DNA of 10,199 bases, from assembly GCA_028700905.1 (NCBI GenBank), contig JAQVRT010000025.1, positions 1 to 10,199 on the forward strand. The letters are read 5' to 3'. How positions within the stretch are numbered: the stretch's first letter is position 1; the number at the start of each line of letters is the position of its first letter. A program made the translations under genes and the position numbers. The notes beneath the pieces were generated by a model. That model did no database searches and was not told the DNA's origin. It saw nothing but the letters and a program-made list of their open reading frames with translations. Positions 7,114-10,199 of the stretch are shown piece by piece. Origin of the DNA: Candidatus Iainarchaeum sp. (lineage in GTDB: Archaea; Iainarchaeota; Iainarchaeia; Iainarchaeales; CSSED10-239).

Positions 7114-9663
7114 ATGTGTTTTTTTATGGATGATGCAAATTTAATGCTTTTAAAAAAAAAAGTAAAAGCTATAAAACAATATAAAGGTCAAGGGACTCAG
7201 CTTATAAGTCTTTATCTTCCACCTGATGCAGATAGAAGCTCTGCAACTAAACAATTAACTGATGAAATGAGTCAATCTTCAAATATTAAGAGTGCTCAAA
7301 CCAGAAAAAATGTTCAAGCTGCTTTAAAAAGAATTATAAATTATCTAAAACAAATTGATTTTAAACTTCCAGAAACAGGTTTAGTATTATTTTCAGGAGA
7401 TGTTTCAACTAACCCTTCTAAATCAGATGTAATTTTACTTGCAATTGTTCCACCAGTAAGACTTACAACTAAACTTTATTGGTGTGATTCAACTTTTCAT
7501 ATTGCTCCTTTAGAAGATATGGCTCAAACAGATGATGTTTATGGCCTTGTTGTAATGGATAAACGAGAAGCAACAGTTGCAATTTTAAGAGGTAAATCTA
7601 AAGAAATTTTATTTAGTGAAAGTTCAAATGTTCCTGGTAAAACAAAAGCCGGAGGGCAATGTTTAAAAGAGGCTTTTATTTCTCTTTCTAATGGAGATTT
7701 AATAGATATTTCTAATATTTCTTCCAAAACTTCTTTAACTTCTGTTAATTTTAATAAAGATAAAATAGTTAATTCAAAAATTACAAAAAAATGGTCAGTT
7801 ACAAAAAACAAAACTTACATTATTAAAACCAAAGCTCCTGGTATGGAAATTAAAGCAAGTGAAGACCATATTTTTTTTGTCTTAACACCAGATGGAATTA
7901 TTCAAAAAATTTCAAAAGAATTAACTTTAAAAGATTATTTATTATTTCCTGAAAAATTATCTTATAAAAATAAATCTTATTCTTTCAATACTAAAAAGTA
8001 TATATCTAAACTAAATAAACCTTCTATTAAAATACCTTCAAAACTAGATAATAACTTTTCTCAGTTTTTAGGTTATCTTTTAGGTGATGGTTCTATTGAA
8101 ACTGATAGATTAACTTTTTATGAATCTAGAAAAGATGTTATTTTAGAGTATAAAAAGTTATTTGATAAATATTTTAATATAAATTCTTCTTTAACTTTTA
8201 GAGATTCTAAAAATTATTATCAATTAAGGGTAACTTCAACTGCTCTTGTAAGATTAATTAAAGAAGAGTTTAAGGAAATTAAAAAAGCAAGAGATTCTTT
8301 AATCCCTTCTAAAATATTAACTTCTTCAGATAAAGTTTTATCTTATTTTTTAAAAGGTCTTTATGATGCTGAAGGATATGTTAATTTTTCTAAAAAATCA
8401 ATAGATATTGGAATTAATAATAAACAACTTGCTTTACAAATACAGCTTGTTCTTTTTAGATTTTCAATTATTGGCTCTCTTCAAGAGTATGATAATAAAC
8501 AAAATCCATATACTGATAACCATCGTTTTGTAATTTCAATTTCAGATAAAGAATCATTAGCTTCTTTTGAAAAAAATATTAATTTTACATCTCTTGAAAA
8601 ACAAAAAAAGATTAAAGCTTTTCAAAAAATAAAAACAAAAAAAAGTTTTTCAAGAACTCTTCCTGTATATGGAAGAAAGGTAAGGGAAGTTATTCAATCA
8701 CATGGCTATAACTTAGAACTTTTTCCAAAGGTAAGTAGTTTTTTTAATAATAACAGGATGATTAGTAAATCAGTATTTAAAACATCTATTTTAGATTATG
8801 TTAAAGATAAATCTCTTTTAAAAGATTTAAATAAATTTTATATTATGCCTTATTTTTGTGCAAAAATAAATTCAATAAATATTGAAAATAAAAAAACCAC
8901 AATGACAGATATTTCTGTTATAAACAAATCTTTTATTGCAAATGGTTTAATTGTTCATAATTCTGCACATCGTTTTGAAAGATTAAGAGATAAGTATGAA
9001 GAAGAATTTTATAAAAGAGTAGGTGAAAAAGTAAATACTGCTTTTGTAAATCTTGAAAATTTTAAAGGTATGATTGTTGGTGGTCCTGGGCTTACTAAAA
9101 ATGAATTTTTAGAGATAGGAGATTTAGATCATAGAATTAAAGATAAAATTTTAGGAACTGTTGATACTTCTTACACAGATGAATCAGGTATAAAAGAAAT
9201 TCTAGATAAATCTGAAGATATTTTAAAAGAAACTGGTTTAGTTCATGAAAGAAAACTAATTAATAAATTTTTTGAAAATTTAGCAAAAACAGGTCTTGCA
9301 AATTATGGTTTTCAAGATGTAATTGATGCCTTAAATATAGGTAAAGCTTCAACTGTTTTAGTTTCAGAAGGATTAGAGTGGACTGTTTTAATTTTTAAAT
9401 GTTTATCAGATAAATCTAGATTTATTAAAATTGTTAAAAATAAAGATGAAGTTTCAGATGCAATTTCTAAATTTGAAAATTCACAAGATGATTGTATGCA
9501 AGGAAAAGCAGAGCTTGTTGAAGAAGTTGATATTTATGATTATTTTATTGATATTTCTAAAAATACAAGTGCAAAGGTAGAACTTATATCTGTTGAAACT
9601 TTGGAAGGAAAACAATTTTTTGAAACTTTTGGAGGGCTTGCAGCTTTCTTAAGATATAGATAA
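7114..9663 (+). CDS. prf1: Archaeal peptide chain release factor aRF1, intein-containing precursor (182-aa N-extein + 434-aa intein + 233-aa C-extein)
   Basis: The exteins carry all aRF1 hallmarks. These are GQGTQLISLYLPP, the NIKS stop-codon recognition motif (7282-7293), YxCxxxF (YWCDSTF), GGQ (7651-7659) continuing after the insert as SAHRFERLR, then GGPGLTKNEF and the C-terminal domain. The spliced length of 415 aa is typical. An alternative start at ATG 7126 (MDDANL...) is equally plausible. Confidence 0.95.
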   Translation: MCFFMDDANLMLLKKKVKAIKQYKGQGTQLISLYLPPDADRSSATKQLTDEMSQSSNIKSAQTRKNVQAALKRIINYLKQIDFKLPETGLVLFSGDVSTNPSKSDVILLAIVPPVRLTTKLYWCDSTFHIAPLEDMAQTDDVYGLVVMDKREATVAILRGKSKEILFSESSNVPGKTKAGGQCLKEAFISLSNGDLIDISNISSKTSLTSVNFNKDKIVNSKITKKWSVTKNKTYIIKTKAPGMEIKASEDHIFFVLTPDGIIQKISKELTLKDYLLFPEKLSYKNKSYSFNTKKYISKLNKPSIKIPSKLDNNFSQFLGYLLGDGSIETDRLTFYESRKDVILEYKKLFDKYFNINSSLTFRDSKNYYQLRVTSTALVRLIKEEFKEIKKARDSLIPSKILTSSDKVLSYFLKGLYDAEGYVNFSKKSIDIGINNKQLALQIQLVLFRFSIIGSLQEYDNKQNPYTDNHRFVISISDKESLASFEKNINFTSLEKQKKIKAFQKIKTKKSFSRTLPVYGRKVREVIQSHGYNLELFPKVSSFFNNNRMISKSVFKTSILDYVKDKSLLKDLNKFYIMPYFCAKINSINIENKKTTMTDISVINKSFIANGLIVHNSAHRFERLRDKYEEEFYKRVGEKVNTAFVNLENFKGMIVGGPGLTKNEFLEIGDLDHRIKDKILGTVDTSYTDESGIKEILDKSEDILKETGLVHERKLINKFFENLAKTGLANYGFQDVIDALNIGKASTVLVSEGLEWTVLIFKCLSDKSRFIKIVKNKDEVSDAISKFENSQDDCMQGKAELVEEVDIYDYFIDISKNTSAKVELISVETLEGKQFFETFGGLAAFLRYR
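7660..8961 (+). mobile_element. Full-length class-1 intein with LAGLIDADG homing endonuclease, inserted after the Gln of the aRF1 GGQ motif
   Basis: Block A is CLKEAFISLSNGD (Cys1 at 7660-7662) and block B is GMEIKASEDHIFFV. LAGLIDADG motif 1 is FLGYLLGDGSI (8065-8097). A block D-like RDSLIPSKI follows. LAGLIDADG motif 2 is FLKGLYDAEGYV (8347-8382), block F is TDISVINKSFIANG, and block G is LIVHN (ends 8961) followed by the +1 Ser (8962-8964). The insert is in frame with no stops, 1302 nt = 434 aa. Confidence 0.9.
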
Positions 9664-9667
9664 GGTG
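9663..9667 (+). promoter_or_regulatory. Shine-Dalgarno-like motif AGGTG for the ORF downstream of aRF1
   Basis: AGGTG overlaps the aRF1 stop codon and lies 7 nt upstream of TTG 9675, suggesting co-transcription and coupling with aRF1. Confidence 0.45.
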
Positions 9668-9674
9668 TTATTTT

Positions 9675-10181
9675 TTGATAAAAACATTAAAAGCAAGAAA
9701 AATTACAAAAACTAATATTGGTTCTAAATTAGGGGTTGTAGATATTCGTAAAAGAATCATAGAAAATAAAACCTATTCTCTTTCCTACACAATAAAAGGT
9801 AAGTCTTTAGAGCTTAATTTTTTAATAAAATATAAAAAATCTAATCTTAGTGATTTTAAAAAAATTTATTCTGATCTTTTAAATATTGCAAAAGAAAAAA
9901 AAATTAAAAAAATATATACTTCTTCATGGGTATTTTCTGAAACAAAAGGTTTATCTGAAAGACTTGGCTTTAAGCTTGTTAAAGGAACTGATAAAAAACT
10001 AAACTTAATTAAAGAAAAATATCCTGATTATAAAATTATTGGTATTGAACAAAGATTTTCTACAGATCCAAGAAATTATGGTTTAACTCCTTGTTTAGTT
10101 TTAGAAAATAAATCTTTGAAAAAAGAAGTTGTAATTAATATGGATAAAAATATGCTTCCAATATATGTAAAGGAACTTTAA
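9675..10181 (+). CDS. Hypothetical protein (168 aa, basic, K-rich)
   Basis: The ORF has a Shine-Dalgarno-supported TTG start 11 nt after the aRF1 stop, and its codon usage looks like its neighbours. I recognise no family. A segment KKIYTSSWVFSETKGLSERLGFKLV faintly recalls the C-terminal part of GNAT folds, but no acetyl-CoA motif (Q/RxxGxG/A) is visible. Confidence 0.55.
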   Translation: MIKTLKARKITKTNIGSKLGVVDIRKRIIENKTYSLSYTIKGKSLELNFLIKYKKSNLSDFKKIYSDLLNIAKEKKIKKIYTSSWVFSETKGLSERLGFKLVKGTDKKLNLIKEKYPDYKIIGIEQRFSTDPRNYGLTPCLVLENKSLKKEVVINMDKNMLPIYVKEL

Positions 10182-10199
10182 ATTATGGATTATAGATAT

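Noticed and set aside
7152-7161. A10 homopolymer in the 5' part of aRF1, and a similar A9 run at 6648-6656, as candidate programmed frameshift or phase-variation sites.
   Set aside because: They encode in-frame Lys runs, and the downstream frame continues into conserved motifs without a shift. Such runs are expected from AAA Lys codons in DNA this AT-rich.
7539-7811. A 90-aa minus-strand ORF spanning the aRF1/intein junction. Similar 60-62-aa alternative-frame or antisense ORFs lie at 1340-1525 (+), 2925-3107 (-), 4201-4386 (-) and 5229-5417 (-).
   Set aside because: Each lies entirely, or almost entirely, inside a strongly supported + strand gene with clear family motifs. Their translations are low-complexity with no recognisable motifs, and no Shine-Dalgarno or TATA context is visible. 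They are most likely chance open frames.
7114-9663. Possibility that the disrupted aRF1 signals a stop-codon reassignment or alternative genetic code.
   Set aside because: TAA, TAG (herA) and TGA (priS) all terminate well-defined genes at the expected lengths in this window. The extein also retains canonical NIKS and YxCxxxF decoding motifs, so the standard code fits.
10185-10199. An ATG at 10185 opens a new + strand frame (MDYRY...) 3 nt after the preceding stop.
   Set aside because: Only 5 codons are visible before the window ends, which is too little to support a gene call or any function.

Overview
Very AT-rich, extremely compact archaeal chromosomal segment. All ten ORFs lie on the + strand, and by my hand count only about 200 nt is non-coding (gaps of 3-53 nt). 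There are no RNA genes, CRISPR arrays or transposons. Gene order: rad50 (3' part, runs off the left edge), priS, a GINS51-type subunit, aIF2-alpha, a PAC2-family proteasome assembly chaperone, herA, a Gpt-like phosphoribosyltransferase, a small membrane-anchored orphan, aRF1, and a 168-aa orphan. The gene set is diagnostic of Archaea. The AT-richness and compaction suggest a small-genome, possibly DPANN-like, lineage, but that is inference only. The main finding is in the 849-aa aRF1 ORF. It is a normal ~415-aa archaeal class-I release factor split by a 434-aa full-length intein with a LAGLIDADG homing endonuclease. The intein sits immediately after the Gln of the universally conserved catalytic GGQ motif (GGQ|C...HN|SAHRFERLR). 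Secondary observations: a compact priS-gins51-aIF2alpha-PAC2 replication/translation cluster; an extra Cys4 module nested in the PriS zinc knuckle; rad50 and herA on the same strand but uncoupled from mre11/nurA; a PRTase with a degenerate PRPP-binding loop; two orphan ORFs; and genes that split into those with GGTG(A) Shine-Dalgarno motifs and those that look leaderless behind a TATA-like box.
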